Shown here in pieces: positions 31,675 through 46,270 of a DNA stretch of 64,000 nt (its first letter is position 1; each line of letters begins with the position of its first letter). The position numbers were made by a program, and so were the translations under genes. The notes under the pieces were generated by a model that worked only from the letters and a program-made list of their open reading frames with translations, searched no databases and was not told where the DNA came from. Source of the DNA: the human T2T-CHM13v2.0 reference genome, Homo sapiens; the NCBI RefSeq assembly GCF_009914755.1, contig NC_060940.1; one strand, 5' to 3'.

Positions 31675-32057
31675 TGAATGTAGTTCGTTCTCACACTGCT
31701 ATAAAGAACTGCCTGAGACTATGTCATTCATGAAGAGAAGAGATTTAACTGACTCACAGTTCCACAAGCTTAACAGGAATTATGACTTGGAGGCCTCAGA
31801 AAGCTTACAATCATGGCAGAAGGTGAAGGAGAAGCAAGTACGTCTTATCATGGTGGAGCAAGAGAGAGATAGCGAAGGAGAAAGTGCTGCACACTTTCAA
31901 ACAACCAGATCTTGTGAGAACTCATTCACTATCACAAGAACAGTCAGGGGAAAGTCCGCTCCCGTGATCCAATCACCTCCTACCGGGCCCTCCCCTGACA
32001 CATGGGGATGACCATCCCAGATGAGATTTGGGTAGGGACAAAAGCCAAACTATATCA
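31675..32057 (-). mobile_element. MaLR LTR (THE1D/MSTA-like)
   Basis: TTCTCACACTGCTATAAAGAAC...AGCCAAACTATATCA; TSD ATGTC. Confidence 0.9.
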
Positions 32058-33279
32058 ATGTCTATATTTCATGTTCCTCAGAATCATCTTTGAGAGGCTT
32101 CAATAAGCGTTTTTACTCTTCCTTCAATAAGTTCTTAATAGGAGACTCCATTCAGTGTATACAGAAGGGGCCCAGAAATCTTCATTTTAACAGGAACCCC
32201 AGATGGTTTGATGCCCATGTTGACGAATGCTGCCCTAAGGGAAATGCCAAGCCCCACTGTAAAATGTATGCATCTTTCACTGCTTCTATAAACATTTACT
32301 GGGCACCTATTCTATGCCAGGAGCTATAGCAAGTGAGGAGATTAAGAGTGATAAAATGAACCCCATACCCCTGCCATGCCAGGATTCTGTTTAGTTTGTT
32401 TTCCTTAGTGCATGGGTATGAGGCCACAGTGGACTAATTTACCTTGGGTAAGTTACTTAATTTGTTGAGAAATCCTACTGCTTGTCCTCTATTTGCTTGG
32501 CACTGCACTGCACAGCACACTGGTTATGCAGGGGTGGATGTGAGAGACATGGCTTTGCTCTTGAGCAGCATGCATTGAAGTGGAAGAGAGACAGAGCAAG
32601 TGCACACAGAATCCACGTGATAACTTAAGAAAGAAAATTGTGGTCATGAAGCGGTGAGTAAATGGGAGTGGGGGCGGCTGGCCAGGCTTCATTGGCTTGT
32701 CTGCACGGTGAGCCATAACAAACAGTACCTTCATCATCGCTTACAGTGAGAATTACACTAAGCAATGGACCAAGGGCTGACTTCTGTGCTTGGCCCCTAA
32801 TAGGTGCTCAATGACATTTAGTGCCCCAGGCTCTGTCTGGTGAGAGCTTATTTTGACAGCACTCAGTAAGTTTGGGGCCAAATGAAATTTTTGCCCTGCT
32901 GTGTAGCACATCTTGTTTGCATTGCCATATCTCACTTGAAAGTGGACACAGTTCAAAAAACCCGAATTCAGCTGACTTCTTCCAATATATTAATTTTCCT
33001 TTCCCCATAGGATGTCCTAGTTGTGTTCGAAGGTCAGGGATAGAAATTCCATACTATTTTCAGGTGATAGAAGTTGACAGGGCTATTTATTCACCATTTT
33101 GCATTCAAAGAGGCAATCATTGCCATTGTTATATAATCACCATCACCCTCAGTGTTTTCCAGCATGTTCACCAGAGCAGAAATCTTTGCATAGCTGGTTA
33201 CCTGCACTATGAACCAGCGTATAGCTTGAACACAGTTGCATTTTCTCATTACACAGTCTTCTTTTCCTTCCTTGAGCTT

Positions 33280-33635
33280 ATCATGTTCCATCTGCCCCAG
33301 GGCCTTTGCAGAGGCTTTTTGCTCCATCCAACATGATCTGCCCCAACCCTCTTCACCTGGTTAACTCCTGCTCAGCCTTTGTTTCATCACAGATGACTCT
33401 CTCAATCTCCTAGTCTGGATCAGACTATTACTGTTCTGTCCCATACCCATGTTCTTTCCTTCAGAAGTCTTACCATCCTTTGCAATCATATGCTGATTAG
33501 TGTGATTGTTTGGCTCTTCTCTGTTAGACTGGGAGCTCCATGAGGGCAGGGACAGTGGCTGCTGTCACTCACTATAAACTTCCCAAACTTTGGGTGGTGT
33601 TTGACTCATAGAAGATGCTTAATAAATATCAGTGA
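33280..33635 (+). mobile_element. L2 3' end followed by a GGAA-rich tract (33635-33715)
   Basis: CAGGGCCTTTGCA...TAGACTGGGAGCTCCATGAGGGCAGGGAC...TAATAAATAT. Confidence 0.7.
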
Positions 33636-34479
33636 GGGGAAGGAAGGAAGGGAAAGAAAGAGGAAGGGAGGAAGGAAGGAGGGATAAACAAAAGGAAGGA
33701 AGAAAGAAGAAAGGGAGCAGACTCATGATTAACTAAAATGAAAGCCCCGGGCATTTAAAAATAAGATTCCTCCCTCTTGCTGTTTCGCCAGGAATTGTCC
33801 TTCAGGTCTTTGTGTCCTGAGATCATTAAACCAAGGATGACTCAAAATGACACAATTCATCTTTAACTGGCTCAACTGGCAACCGGGAGTTGAGCACCAG
33901 ATGAACAGAGAACAGTTTTGTTGCTGTTAGTCAAAGATTTTTGGTTGACTGTGCCTCAGGGTCAAGCAGTTTGCCCATGGGATGCTCTGACCCTCTGTCT
34001 CTAGGCAGTTAGCTTATTAGAGCACTTAACGTATCGTGTAGTAATTGTCTATTTGCTTGTAAGTCTTCCCAACTAGATTTTAGGCATTCTGAGCACAAAG
34101 ACTTTCATTCAGGGGGAATTCAGCTCCATATTCATCATTTCTATGCAATAAAGGAATGGGAACTGGATGGCTCGTTCTAAGGCTTGTAAGGGAGCACATT
34201 TGTAAAAATAGCAACAATCTCAGAGAAAGAGCTCCAGACAAAGAGGTCAGAATTGTTTAGTAAATAGAGGAATGAGGCTCCCTGGAAGCTCCCATTATCA
34301 AAAAGCTGAGAGATTACTTGAAACATTCCATTTGTTTTCACTAGCACAGGAGAGATGAACAGAGCAGAGAACACTGATAATGTGCACATTCACTTAAGCT
34401 GCAACTTACTCAATGAAGGGTAGGAGGAAAAGAGTGAGAACTATGTTAGATTGAGCGTCTATTGCGCACCCAGCATCAT

Positions 34480-35760
34480 GCAGGCAGCATGGTGGGAATG
34501 TGACATGGTGCCATGAATAGGGGTGTTGGTTCTGGAGTTAGGATGACTTGGGTTCAAGTTCTGGTCCTGTAACTTCTTAGCCCTGTGACCCTAGAAAAGT
34601 TACTCAACTGGTCTATTTTTAGTTTTCTTACAAACAGAGGAAAATATGCTTACTTCACTAAGTCATAAGAAAGAATAATTAATGACTTCTCAATGAGCAA
34701 AAAGGAACCAATGACTATAACAGATAACATACAGAAAGTTCTTTCCATACTATATAGCTCGGTTGGCTTGGGAGAGTCTCTTTGAGAAGGTGACATTTAC
34801 TTTGAGATCTAGAGAATGAATGGGAGTCAGTGGAGAAAGCAGAAGAGGAATCTTAGAAGATTAAATGCAGGTTGTATGACTATCACGACGTAGAGAAGAC
34901 TGATATATTCAGAGAACTAAAGAATGGCCAGAGTGCCTGGCGTGCGGTGAAGAAGAGGGGTACCTAACTCAAGAAGAGCTTAAATCACATTGTACCTTAA
35001 AGGTCATTTGAGGAAGTTGGATTTTATTCTAGGGGCTGAGTAGGAAATAGGAAAAGGAAATAGAAACAGGAAAGAGGAAGGCAATCATTGCACTGGTGAT
35101 GGTAGAAATGGAATGCAGTGGGTTGAGATAGGCAGGATGGAGCCACGGGATGGGGATGTGTGAGGCCAAGGGAGGAGAAGGTGATCGGAATGACTCCCTG
35201 CTCTCCTAGCTCTGGGCTAGGAAGATGGTGGCACCAACCTCTGCAATGGGGAAGGCTGCAAGATGAATAAATGGATATTGGGACGAGATCAGGATTTTAG
35301 TTTTAGAAGTGTTAAGTCTAAGATTGCTGTTAGATATCCAAGTGGAAATGTCAAGTAGGCAAATGAAAATTACAAGTCTGAATCTCACAAGGGAGGTCTA
35401 GATCAGAGATATATATTTTCGAGTTGTCAGCCTACAGATTGTATTGAATGCCATGAGACTGAGGGGGGATCTAGATAGAATAAAGGGAGAAAGAATACAT
35501 TAAGAAAAAGAGATTGAATCTTACGTGCTCTGTAATTCAACACCTCTCCCCCAACACACATACACACACAGATACACAATATGGACAGTGAGCTGGAGAA
35601 TACAGCTATTTGAATTCTGCCTCAGCCCTTGACAACCTTTGTAACTTTGACAAGTTACCCCACCTCTCCAAGCCCTGCTTCTATGATCATAAAATAAGAG
35701 AATGTTATAGCCCAAGGCTTTATGAGGATTAAAAATGATACATGTTAATGCCCCAATCAC
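34480..35760. mobile_element. MIR / L2 / MIR cluster
   Basis: MIR ~34480-34680, L2 ~34760-35500 (GATATCCAAGTGGAAATGTCAAGTAGGCA), MIR ~35590-35760. Confidence 0.6.
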
Positions 35761-36478
35761 ATCATAAGATCACTGCAAATGAGAGCAGGCTTCAGGGCTA
35801 TTTTCCCTCCTAGGCCCCTCCCTGGTCCCTCAGCCTGTGTCCCTGACTCTACAATTCCTTGATTCTTACCACATTCTTTCCTAATCTCATTCCAAACTCC
35901 CAGCAGCAAAAGGCAGATCATTGATAACTCTCTGTGGAGTTTATTTGATTTCAGATATTCTTCCCCTTTCCTGCCTTCAAGTAATATCTGGCTCATCTAA
36001 GCAATCTCCAAACTTCTCATGTGGAAAGAAAAAATAGACTATTTGGGATGAGCCACTTTCTAAGCTGCATGCTAATAAGTGGCGCTCTTATTGTTATTAT
36101 ATTTGCTTTCAAATCAGCAAGAATTCTGATTAGATCGTATAGATGGGGACAATATTAGCCAGTGGCGTGGAGAATATAAAAGCTATTCTTAGAAAATCTC
36201 TCTCTTGATTAGTCCCTGGTGCCTATTGAATAGTTGTTGATGTCAGTAGATAATCTTGAGATGATGTCAGTGGATGTTTTGGGGAAGCTGTAGGAGAGAG
36301 AATGAGAACAAATGTGTTTCTGAAGAGTAGAGTATTATGCAAGTGTCTCTCATGTGGGCCATTCTCAACATCAGCATCTTTCAACCAGTACTTCCAACGT
36401 GTGACCTGCAGCAGGCACATCTTAAATACTGTGCGTGAGGCAGAGTGGAAGATGAGCTGAGAGCTCAGGTTCTAGGTC

Positions 36479-37048
36479 TGAGGTAGGTTGGACAGGACAG
36501 TCACAGCCTCCCTTAAAGGAGAATGCACTTGCTAAATAAAGGGAGAGAACAAACCACCCCACAGTGTACAAACCACATCCCAGGCTCATGGTTAGGACAC
36601 CGTGCAGCAAGGAGGTAGAGGAGCAGAAGAGAGAATCTCCAAATTTGTGCAAGTGCAGAAACCCATCATTAGTGTGCTTGGGCTGATTTATGGACATGAT
36701 AATATTTAAAAACACACCCCTGGGTAGGGATCTAAGATGCTAATGAGACATGTGATGTATATACTAGGATGTACAACCACAGAGCATTCACCGACAGAAA
36801 ACCGCCCATAACATGCTACCTGACAACAACCCTTCCCATCCCTTTAGGAGTAATCATGAAAGCCTCCCATAAAGACAGTTACCTTAGCACGAGTCAGTGC
36901 TGTCTTGCCTTTGAGCAGCCTGCTCTGATCAGCTGTCAGAGTGTACTTTCACTTTGCAATTAACTTTCTTGCATACTTTTACTTTGGACTCACTCTCAAA
37001 TTATTTTGTGCAGCAAAGTCAAGAACCTGGTCTGGTCCGGGAGCAACA
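36479..37048 (+). mobile_element. Solo ERV LTR (LTR47-like; family uncertain) inserted into a MIR
   Basis: TG...CA ends; LTR U5-type GAGTGTACTTTCACTTTGCAATTAAC...CTCACTCTCAAATT...CAAGAACC; MIR sequence continues on both sides. Confidence 0.65.
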
Positions 37049-37842
37049 GGCCTACACATCTTGGGTTCAAACATGGTCTCTCCCTTTCCTGCATGGAGAC
37101 ACTTAATCACTCTAGGCTTACATGTCTTTTTCTATCGCATGGAGGAAATAATACCACTTGCCTCAGAGCTTCGTTGCAAGGATTAAATGGGATGGCCCAT
37201 GTAAAAGATTAAGGAGTTTAGTTGAGACCTGGTGACTGTCTCATAAATGTCAGTAATGTTTATCTTATTTAATTCACATGGCAGCCCTCTAAGGCAGGTG
37301 CTAATATCACCTCTTCCTCTCTCTCCTCTTTGCCAGCACACTCACACTGAGGTTCAAAGAGGTTAAAGGACTAATCTGAAGACCCAAGCGTAGCAAGTGG
37401 CTGACCTGGGATTTGAGGCTAAGCCTTCCCTACTCGAAGCCAGTGTTTTATCTGCTATATCCATAACCTTGAACAAGTGCCAGAAAATTAATGACTGAGC
37501 CGTCATGAAGACTTGGAACTGACTGAATGATAGTATTCTAGATGTGGGCGTATGGATGAATGGATAGGCCAAAGAACACGATTAACCCGAAGTTGTGGCT
37601 GCTGCGTTCAACAACTTGCATTTGCACCTTCAGTGAATACTCCTAGAAGTGCCACGACATGGCCCAGACACTGAAGTGAGCAAAAGTAGTAAGACGCAAC
37701 ACAAGTCTTTGCCCTTGTGAAGCTTACAATTTAGTGGAAGGGACTCAGACAATTCAAATAACGAACAAATAAATGTACAATGCAGAAAATAAAAGGTCCT
37801 TGTTATAAATACATATGAATTTCATTTTTAATTAAATAATTA

Positions 37843-38155
<313 letters not shown>

Positions 38156-38249
38156 TAATAGGGACACACACACACCCCCCGTGAGTCCAAAATCTAGTAT
38201 GAGGGTTCAGGGAAGGCTCTCCTAAGTAATTATACTTATTATTATGTAA

Positions 38250-38490
38250 TAATAATTGTTAATACTTTTACAGCACTTACTATATGTCATACGCTTAGGG
38301 TTTTTTTATGCTTTACATGTTATCCTCACAATAGGTCTATTATTGCTGCTGTTATGCCCATTTTAGAGACAAAGAAACTGAGACACACAAAGGTTAAGTG
38401 TTTTATTTGCCCACGGCACACAGTTAGCAAATGGCAGAGCAGGACCAGGCAGTTGGCTGCTGAGCCGACACTCCTAATCAAGCTGAGGTC
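38250..38490 (-). mobile_element. MIR
   Basis: CCCATTTTAGAGACAAAGAAACTGAGACACA core. Confidence 0.7.
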
Positions 38491-39479
38491 TGAAGCATGT
38501 ACAGGTGTTAACGAGGCAAAGGACAGGGGTAGCATTGCTGCAGGCAGAACGGCAGACACATATTCCTTCTTGCAGCAGGAAGCGCAGAGAGCACTTGGGA
38601 CCCAATACTGCTGCATGGAGCTGGAGCTCAGGGAGTTAGGAAAAGCGAGGTTAGAGGAGGTACTGAAAGAAAGGCAGAGGTGGACCATGAAGAGCCCATG
38701 GGCCCTTCATTGGGTTAATGATCCAGTGAGCTGTTCACCAAAACTAAGATTGGTTCGAAGAGAAGGAAATAGGGAGACATTTGACAACAGTTTGTGATGT
38801 AAAATGCCTTAATAGATGGTAGTTTAACTGGGTTAAGTATAAATTCCTGCAATTGGGTCCCAAATGTCCACTGTCCAAAAACATGATAGGGGTGTTACTT
38901 CTAATTAGAGCCTATAGGGGAGAAAGGCTTTGGGGTCTGAGTCAGCTGGAAATGCAATGTGTCTTATCTGCATGGCATGGCCGCCAAAAGATGCTTATCT
39001 CAGACTGTCTCCCCAGGAGGAGGGGACACATATCGTTGTCTCTTCTGAGATTATCAGAAGATGCCTAGAGTGTGACATATGCAATCCTGCGTGTCATACA
39101 TTCAAAACTTTTACAGACCGCACTCAGTCTTAGTGGCGTTCGGGATGCTGACAAGGAAACATTTAGCATCAAGAACTTATTTTGTACTAGGCCTTGGCTA
39201 GGCTCTTCACACTTACAGCTTTTCTGTTTTTCTCCTGGGTTTATAACATGTCAACTCTGATGAGGGGACAGCAGCTCAAATGGTTAAGTGACTTATTGAA
39301 GGTGGTGCAGGAAACAAAAGGGGAATTTCAACTTTGGTTGGCCTGACTCAAAGGTTATACTTTTTCCACTCTACTACATTGTCTCTCTCAAGACGAAAGA
39401 GGAAGAGCTGATAAAATGGAAGGATAGTTAGCCTTAAAAGAGAAGACTTGGTGAAACTTGATATTTATCTTCTGGTTCT

Positions 39480-39620
39480 TGCCTCAGTTTCCTCATCTTT
39501 AAAATGGGGGTAATAATAGTACCTACCTCATAGGATTACTTTAGGGATGAACAGTGTAATTCAGGTAAAGGATTCAGTACTTTGTCTGCAAATAGCCCTT
39601 CAGAAAGTTAGCTTTTATTA
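39480..39620 (+). mobile_element. MIR
   Basis: GCCTCAGTTTCCTCATCTTTAAAATGGGGGTAATAATAGTACCTACCTCATAGG. Confidence 0.85.
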
Positions 39621-39903
39621 GCATTGTTATTATTTCACTTGATGATGCTTTTGTTGTTAAAAGGGAAATGAAGTTATTCTAGGTGAGTCCAGAAGTTACC
39701 ATAAAGGCAAATGGCCAATTTTAGAGAAGTTGGTTTCATCCTAATGGAGTTAGGAGGGTCTTTCAAACAGGTAGAAATGACCCGCCTTTGAAAGGAATAA
39801 ACCCTGTAGAAGGAAGAGCCTCAGGAAGTGGTGAGCTCCCAGTCACAGGAGTTTCCCAAATCCAGGCTAGACAACCACTTGTAGAAATATAATTGGAAGG
39901 AGA

Positions 39904-40255
<352 letters not shown>

Positions 40256-41204
40256 TCAAAGTGAAAATCTGATTCTGTCCTCCCTACTTCTGCTCTGAAG
40301 TGACAACTTTTGTTGTGATGTAGAGTAGATCTAGGGCACCTGTTCCAAAAATAGCCAGAGAGTAAAGCAGGAGGCAGAGCTGGGGTTTTGTACATATCAC
40401 CTTCCCCTTGGCACACTCCTCATGTGTGTTACTAGGCCAGATGGGAGCAGAGACTTGGGGAGCTATTCTGATCCACCCATGGACTTTCTGCAGCATCTCA
40501 CCTTGAGCACACCCCACCCACTCAAGCTGACCCTGGGAGACCCAACTTCGTGGCTGTCCCAAAAGAAGGGCACCTCAACTCTGGCCAGGGCATCCACCCC
40601 AGGAACACTTGGCCTACCCTCTTCAAGATTCTGGTTTAGAATTTCAAGAAGTTATCACTATGAGAAGAAGGCTGGGCTTCTGCTCTTAAGAGCTTAAGGC
40701 AAATTCACCCTTGAGTCCTCATGTGGGAGATGAATTGACATTTAGGCACAATGAGAGCTCCTTAAATATAGGAATGAGATGTTATTCCTCTTTGTATTTC
40801 TCACAGCCTAGTACAGGGCCTAACACATAATACCTGCTCAATGAGTATGTAGTGAATGAACATGTGAGTTAATCAGCAAATATTTAAATGACAGAATCAA
40901 TTTATTTATTCAACAAATACACATTTACTGGGGTTCAGATCAGCTTGATAGTTACATTAGAGGGTGCAAGTTAATACAATTTTTAGCATGTGACTACAGG
41001 AACAGAAAATATTTCCAGGCTAGAAAGACTTTGAAATTTTTTGGTGGGGGGAATAAAATTGATATTTACAGTTCTATGGCCAGGGCTTGGATGGAGGCAA
41101 GACATGTTCACACACAGCAAAAGATGAGAAAAAGAGAAATAGTTGAGCCACCTTGGATAAGTGAGGTTGGGCATATTTGGCCCTTTTCTCTACTCAGCTC
41201 TTTC

Positions 41205-41761
41205 TATATATACGGTGGTTTTAAAATAGAGGCACACATTCTTTGAGATGCCTCCCATTAATAGGTGAAGCTTAATTCCTTCTCCTTGAGTGTGGGCTGG
41301 ACTTAGTAACTCACTTGACTAGAATATAATGAAAGAGCAAGTAGTTCACTTCTGAGACTGTTATAAAAGGTATTGTAGTTTTCTCTCTCTCTCTCTCTCT
41401 CTCTCATCACTTGCTTTTCCTAGACAAGCCAGATGTCATGTGCTTAGCACTCACAAGCAGCCCTATAGAGATGCCCATATGGTGAAGAACTGAGCCCTCT
41501 GGCCAACAGCCAGAAAGGAACTGGGGCCTCCTTCCAACAGCTTTGAGAGTGAGCTTGGAGGCAGATCTTCCAGCCCCAATTAAACCTTCAGATGACTGCA
41601 GCTCTAGTCAACATCTTGAATATAACCTAATGAGAGACCCTTAGCCAGACCACCCAAAGAAGCTGCTTTAAAATTCCTGACCCACGTTAAGATAATAAGC
41701 GTTTTTTGTTTGAAGCTAAGTTTTGGGAAAATTCATTTTGTAATGGTGGATAACTAATACA
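41205..41761 (+). mobile_element. MaLR LTR (MLT1F-like)
   Basis: CCTTGAGTGTGGGCTGGACTTAGTAACTCAC ... GATAACTAATACA; internal (CT)n. Confidence 0.75.
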
Positions 41762-41791
41762 GAGCATCACCTCATTTTTGGTACCAAATGC

Positions 41792-41966
41792 TGTATTAGT
41801 CAGGATTCCATCAGAGAAGAATCACTGGAAAATATATTGATAGTCAGATAGAAGACAGATAGATTAGATAGATAGACACATAGAAAGCTCAATAGATAGT
41901 TTAGTTAGCTAGTTTAGTTAGCTAGATAGTAGTAGATACAGAGCTATAGATAGATGATAGAGATAG

Positions 41967-42022
<56 letters not shown>

Positions 42023-42580
42023 GATAGAGAGCTGATAGATTTGTTACAGGGATTTGACCTCATGCAATGGTGGGAGCTGATTAATCAATGTCTGTAGGGC
42101 TATTGTCTTCGGGTCCAATGCTGATGTTTGAAGACTGAAGTTATCGGGAAGAGCTGATTGATGTAAGGGGAAGGGAGAGAGCAAGGGCACCCGGATCCCA
42201 TGAGAATGAGCTGGAATTCATGACAAGGGACTGGAACCCATGTCAGTTCTCACTGCTTCAAGTCTTGCTGATGTGGGTGCCCTGCTGCAGAGGTTGGTAC
42301 CCTTTGTCACGGAGTTAAACACACACCTGGCCCAGGAGCTGGAGAAACTGAAGGAGGACCCAGTGGATGGCAGAACCGGTGTGGGTTGGCTTGCCACCTC
42401 ACCAATGAGATGAGCCAGCACATACACAATGAGTGTGAGCTACAGAAGGGCCTGCCCCGACTGTCCAAGCATAAAAACAAATGGTTGCTTTTTCATTCCA
42501 AATCTCCAGTGAAAATATCTCTTGTGGCCTACTCTAATCAGAAGATTGACATGGCATGAATCCAACATACTATCTGTCAT
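41792..42580 (-). mobile_element. Old LTR (MLT2-like) hosting a GATA repeat
   Basis: TGTATTAGTCAGGATTCC...GATTTGTTACAGGGATTTGACCTCATGCAATGGTGGGAGCTG. Confidence 0.6.
41967..42022. repeat. (AGAT)14 tetranucleotide STR
   Basis: 56 bp of pure AGAT within a degenerate GATA tract (41850-42040). Confidence 0.95.
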
Positions 42581-42779
42581 GGTCTTACCCACATCCACGA
42601 TTTTAATTATGATCTGTGTCTTGATGACTTCTAAATTATCTTTAGCTCGATCCTTTGCCTGTAACTCAAAGAGACCATTATCTTTAAGGGGAACTTCACA
42701 GGAGCGGCAAGTAGACATATAAAGGGGCACACAACTTGCTGCACTGGAGAGCTTTTCCAAAACATTATGGGAGCTTAGA

Positions 42780-43510
42780 GGAGGGTGCCACTGGCTCTCT
42801 TTGGGGGAACCAATAAAGGATTCACAGAGGTGATGCGTGAGCCAGGCCTTAAGAGATAATTATGTATTTGCCAAATGGCTAAACAGTATTCATAAAGAAA
42901 ACATTTTTAAGGACTTATTCAGGGGATGACAAAAGGTTTGTTGTGGCTGCATCAGCACCTGTGTGTGAGGTAGTGATGGGAGATGAGGTTAGAAAATTCG
43001 TATCAGCAAGAACAGACAAGGAAAGTCCTTGTCAGACATACCCAAGATTTGGGTCTTTAGGCAATGGGGAGCTGTCAAATAGCTTTCAGTTGCAGATGAC
43101 ATGGTCATAATTTTATTTTAGAACAATCACTCCATCAAGCATATGAAGAGAGAATTAAAGGTGGGTCAATACTGAAGGCAGGGAGACCTGTTATTAGATT
43201 GTCACAATCATTCATGTAGAAGAAGATGAGAGATGGAAATCAGGTAGTGGAAATGAAGAGCAGCAGGCACACGGGAGGATACAGGCAGATAAATTAGCCA
43301 GACTCGGGGAAGAAAGGAGAGAGAAGAGTCAAAGTGACTGCCAGGATTTTGTCCTGGAGACTAGGGGATGATGATGCTCTAATCTGAGAAAGAAAACTCT
43401 AGAAGAGAAAACAATAAGTGCGGGTGGAAGGGGGTGGGGGAGGATGCATTTGGTGTTGCATATGTTGGGTTTAGGGGTGCCTTCAAGATACCCAGGAGGC
43501 AGCTGAAACT
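42780..43510 (-). mobile_element. L2 fragment
   Basis: TAGGCAATGGGGAGCTG...AGAGTCAAAGTGACTGCCAGGATTT. Confidence 0.6.
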
Positions 43511-44103
43511 ACATATCTGTATATTCTTATTGCTTACCTTATCTTTGACAAATAAATGTGAGTTTCATGACTCTGAGCTTGATTCCTTGTAGCCAAACAT
43601 CAAAAATACCCTAAATTAGGTGAGTGCTTTCTGGTGCTAATGGCAATATCAACACTCACACGTCTTCCTCTAAATGACTCTTCCCTGCAGCTTATGATGG
43701 AATGTGGGTTGTTAAGATGATGGGAGAGAATTGGGAAAGATGTAGAATTTGCTTTGCAGTTTTACCCACAATAGTGGATTTGGACTACCCAAGATTATAA
43801 AGTCTCCTGTGCATGCAGATTGCACTGAAATAGGCTCATGCCACCACATTACCTATCCCGATGATGTTTCTGCGCCTCGAAGTCATTAAAGTATGCTGTG
43901 GTTCTGTGAGCCAGATTGGACCCTGATTTCTTTCTGTTGTTCTGAGCATGCCAGGGGTGGGCATGGATAGTCACTTTCTTGAGCCACAGCATTATAATTT
44001 TCCAAGTGAGAAGTCTGTGTGCTTGTTTTTCATTGTGCTTGGTGATAGGAAAGACAGAGTGGGACCTGGGTGCTGTCTAATGAGGGATGACTGTCTCTTC
44101 ATT

Positions 44104-44401
44104 TTTTTTTTTTTTTTTTGAGACAGTGTCTTGTTCTGTTCCTGAGGCTGGAGTGCACTGGTGCAATCTCAGCTCACTGCAACCTCCGCCTCCCAGGTTC
44201 AAGCAATTCTCTGCCTCAGCTTCCCCAGTAGCTGGGATTACAGGCACCCCCTGCCATCATGCCTGGCTAATTTTTGTATTTTTAGTAGAGACAGGGTTTC
44301 ACCATCTTGGCCAGGCTGGTCTTGAACTCCTGACCACGTGATCCACCTGCCTCAGCCTCCCAAAGTGCTGGGATTACAGGTGTGAGCCACCGCGCCCAGC
44401 C
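44104..44401 (-). mobile_element. AluS
   Basis: Full-length; 15-bp TSD GACTGTCTCTTCATT (44089-44103/44402-44416). Confidence 0.97.
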
Positions 44402-45668
44402 GACTGTCTCTTCATTCTATCTCTTGTTGCGCCTTCCTCTTCCTTGGCTCTTGTTTGCATTAGAGGCTCCAAGCAATCATAAGTAACGGGAGCCCTGAGT
44501 ACACACAATGTCACCAGCTCCTGGGATCCCAGCCTTTAAAGTAGTGGCTGGGACTTCTTGTTGACTTTGGAAGAAATGGAAGAGGAGGAGGCTACTCTTT
44601 AGAAGGCAGGCCTGCCTGCAGTACTGCTGAGTTAAGAAGAGCAAGGCTGCTGTTTTTTCCTCAGGCAAGAAGAGAGACAGTGAGAGAAAGGCAAGAGAAA
44701 GAAAGAAAAGTTCTGAGACACTGTAGTGTGTCAGTGGGAGGTGGAGAATGGAAGAGAGTTGGACACTTCTTCAAGGGAAAGTAAAGAATTTCAAATAGAA
44801 AGTCACAGCACTGTCTGTTCTTGGCTTCTGCCAGCCTGTACACTGTATAGAAGTTTTTACCAAGCCAGAGTGCAGAAGGCTTTGCACATATGTCCTCAGA
44901 ACTTTCAGCACCTTGGAGATTCCGGGAGTAAAAAATATGTGCCTCTTTTCTAACTGCTGTGTAAGAGATTGGTAAAGAAGGTTTTGCACATACCTGTCTG
45001 GAACCTTCAGAACCAACGGAAGCACAGAATTAGAGCCTGTGGCCACTTTTCCATCTACTTGAGAGAAAGGCCTGACCTATGGCCTCTAATTCATGGAAAA
45101 TTCTCACCTTTGTGAAAAGACATGTTCCCAGGATTTCCAGGCACTGGAAGTTGCCTGGAAGTTGTTGTTTCTGTGGACATAACCTGAACACAACTGCTAC
45201 GTTTTGGAACTAAAAAAAATTACAAAAGGAATTATCCTTTGTAGTATATAGTTAATAATACCTCTGTACAACCTCATGAAGCAGTCAGAAGTGGGGTAAA
45301 TATCCTCATTTTACAGATATGTGTGAGAAGAATCAGAGAAGTAGAGTGACTGGACTAAAGTCACACAGCTTAGGATGTGGAGAACCCCCCAGGATTCCTG
45401 ACTCTTCTTTCTGCTGCGTGTTTATTTTAAAATATTTATTGAGTCCTTACTGTGTACAAGGGATTAGGGACCGGGTGCAGTTTCTGCCTGCACTCTCTTG
45501 CAATCTAGGTAACAGTGAACATGACAGGAAAGGTACAAGATGATGGGATGTAGAGTCCAACTGACATGTGCTCACCTCCCAATCCCAGCTTCACAACGCC
45601 CACCTGATTCTATTGCCTTACGGATATCATTGCAACTCTCCAAGCCTTGGTTTCCTCATATGTAAAAT

Positions 45669-45940
45669 GGCCAGGCAGGGTGGCTCATGCCTGTAATCCC
45701 AGCACTTTGGGAGGCTGAAGCAGGAGGATCACTTGAGCCGAGGAGTTCAAGATCAGCCTGGCAACACAGCGAGACCCCATCTCTACAAAAAATAAGAAAT
45801 TAGTCGAGTGGGGTGGCACATGCCTGTGGTCTCAGCTGATCAGGAGGCTGAGGCAGGAGTAGTGCTTAAGCCCAGGGGTTCGAGGCTTCAGTGAGCTATA
45901 TGATTGTGCCACTGCACTCTAGCCTGGACAACAGAAAAAC
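45669..45940 (+). mobile_element. AluJ inserted in a MIR
   Basis: GGAGGATCACTTGAGCC AluJ diagnostics; the MIR core TTTCCTCATATGTAAAATG precedes it and resumes at ~46267. Confidence 0.92.
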
Positions 45941-45952
45941 CTGGTTTTATTT

Positions 45953-46270
45953 TTACTGAAAAAATAAAATAAATATTTTCTTTACTCAAAAAATAAAATA
46001 AATATTTTCTTTACTCAAAAAATAAAATATTTTCTTTACTCAAAAAATAAAATAAATATTTTCTTTACTCAAAAAATAAAATAAATATTTTCTTTACTCA
46101 AAAAATAGTTACTCAAAAAATAAAATAAATATCTTAGTTACTCAAAAAATAAAATAAATATCTTAGTTACTCAAAAAATAAAATAAATATTTTAGTTACT
46201 CAAAAAATATTTTAGTTACTCAAAAAATAAAATAAATATTTTTATTTGAGTAAAAATAAAATAAAATAAA
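45953..46270. repeat. AT-rich minisatellite, 29-bp unit TTACTCAAAAAATAAAATAAATATTTTCT, 11 copies
   Basis: Units counted by eye, three of them shortened. Confidence 0.95.

Noticed and set aside
45953-46270. Repeat array as CRISPR-like
   Set aside because: The units are head-to-tail with no unique spacers, and the context is eukaryotic Alu-tail DNA.
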